Shown: piece after piece, positions 62,901 to 64,000 of the stretch
How the letters are laid out: each line of letters begins with the position of its first letter
Position numbering within the stretch: the stretch's first letter is position 1
Assembly (NCBI RefSeq): GCF_018350175.1
Contig: NC_058368.1
Location: forward strand, 75,208,001-75,272,000
Direction of reading: 5' to 3'
From: Felis catus
Lineage: Eukaryota
Length of the DNA: 64,000 nt
Position numbers and translations under genes: made by a program
The notes under the pieces: generated by a model
Database searches by the model: none
Told to the model about the DNA's origin: nothing
The model's input: only the letters and a program-made list of their open reading frames with translations

Positions 62901-64000
62901 GGACTTTTACAGAAATGAGAAGGAATGTGATATTAATGACTAAAGAGATAATTATATTCTGTGGTGTGCTCATAAAATTTTAACTCCATTTACTCATGAA
63001 ATCTACATGATCCCAGGGATATGATTTGGGGGAGGACATGACTGGGTGCCCAGGCTTCTTTAGTTTTGGTATAAGGTAAGTGGAGAGATGGATTCTGGAA
63101 GAGTGACCATCCTCTACTAAAGTTCCTTATGAGGGAATGAGGCATTGGCTATGGAAATTAGGCCTCCCAACTCAGCTATTTTAGCTCAATAGCATGGTCT
63201 GGGAAATAGGGCTAGATATGATTAAGGACCAATCACTAATTACCAACATCGAGCCTTCGTTTAGATGGGAGCCCAGCAGTCAGCAGTTAGCATTGGCCTG
63301 CGTGCTCAAGGTTCTGGAAAATGGTGTTTGCTAGCAGGCCCATGTGGCAGGTGTTGAATCAATGCTCCTGCTACCCATTCGATCCTTTCTGTCTCCTCCT
63401 CTCCCTGAACCGAACTCTCTGACTGAGTTCATCTCTTGGGTCCACAGGCTGGTTGGGTGTGTGTTCCATTAGGAAACAGACAAGGGTTGCCTGCTCGAAG
63501 GGCAAGGAAAGCTTACACAGTAATTGGTGGTCAAGAAGCTATGATCCCGTTTGTACTTTGTGTGGTGAATTCCTCAGTTATATCTGATTCTCTGTTATTT
63601 AGCAATCAGATTCAATCAAAGTACCCACATCTCTGGCACTTTTGCGTGCTATCCTCGTTCCTGAACCTTTGCTTTCAGACGGTGGTTTTCCAACTCCCTA
63701 CATTGATGGGGGTTTTGGTCTTTGTGTCTCTGATATAAACCTCAGGGCTAATATGCCCAACTCGGCAGTACAGGAAGCAAATTTGCCTTGCACATCTATT
63801 TCCAGCTTCCAGTCTGGACTACCAATCTCTTGATAAGCCCCACTTTGCCAAGTGATAGCTAACCCAGGCCAAAAACCAATGGAAGAGTGTCCTCTACATA
63901 GTGCATATTCAGTATCTATATCTACATTTATAGATGTAAATATATACATATAATAATAGCCAAAATAATAAATCTATATATGTCTTATTTATTATAAATT

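Noticed and set aside
1..64000. CRISPR arrays, operons or prokaryotic defence systems
   Set aside because: The sequence is mammalian; its repeated units are dispersed SINEs and microsatellites, not repeat-spacer arrays

Overview
Mammalian genomic DNA, almost certainly felid (cat-type SINEC_Fc tRNA-derived Can-SINEs). It reads as intronic or intergenic and repeat-rich. I count about 44 Can-SINE copies, many with clear target-site duplications (TSDs). There are several L1 fragments, including a 5'-inverted young carnivore L1 at 1-1585, an L1 split by an inversion at 40.6-43.0 kb, and a ~7 kb decayed L1 at 55.9-62.9 kb. Also present are L2, MIR, MLT1 and ERVL-type LTRs, hAT-Charlie MITEs (MER20, MER3/33-like) and microsatellites. 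I cannot recognise any known protein-coding gene, and most ORF-track entries are repeat-derived or random. No novel biological system is demonstrated. The best leads are: (i) a CpG-rich, E-box-dense segment at 26.2-28.0 kb containing a small ORF with Kozak-context starts, one C-terminal transmembrane helix and AATAAA right after the stop (candidate micropeptide); (ii) three phase-compatible candidate + strand exons; (iii) a second CpG-rich regulatory-like segment at 35.5-36.3 kb; and (iv) several informative retrotransposon rearrangements. Repeat subfamily names come from recalled consensus similarity and need RepeatMasker/Dfam confirmation. Boundaries of old repeats are approximate.
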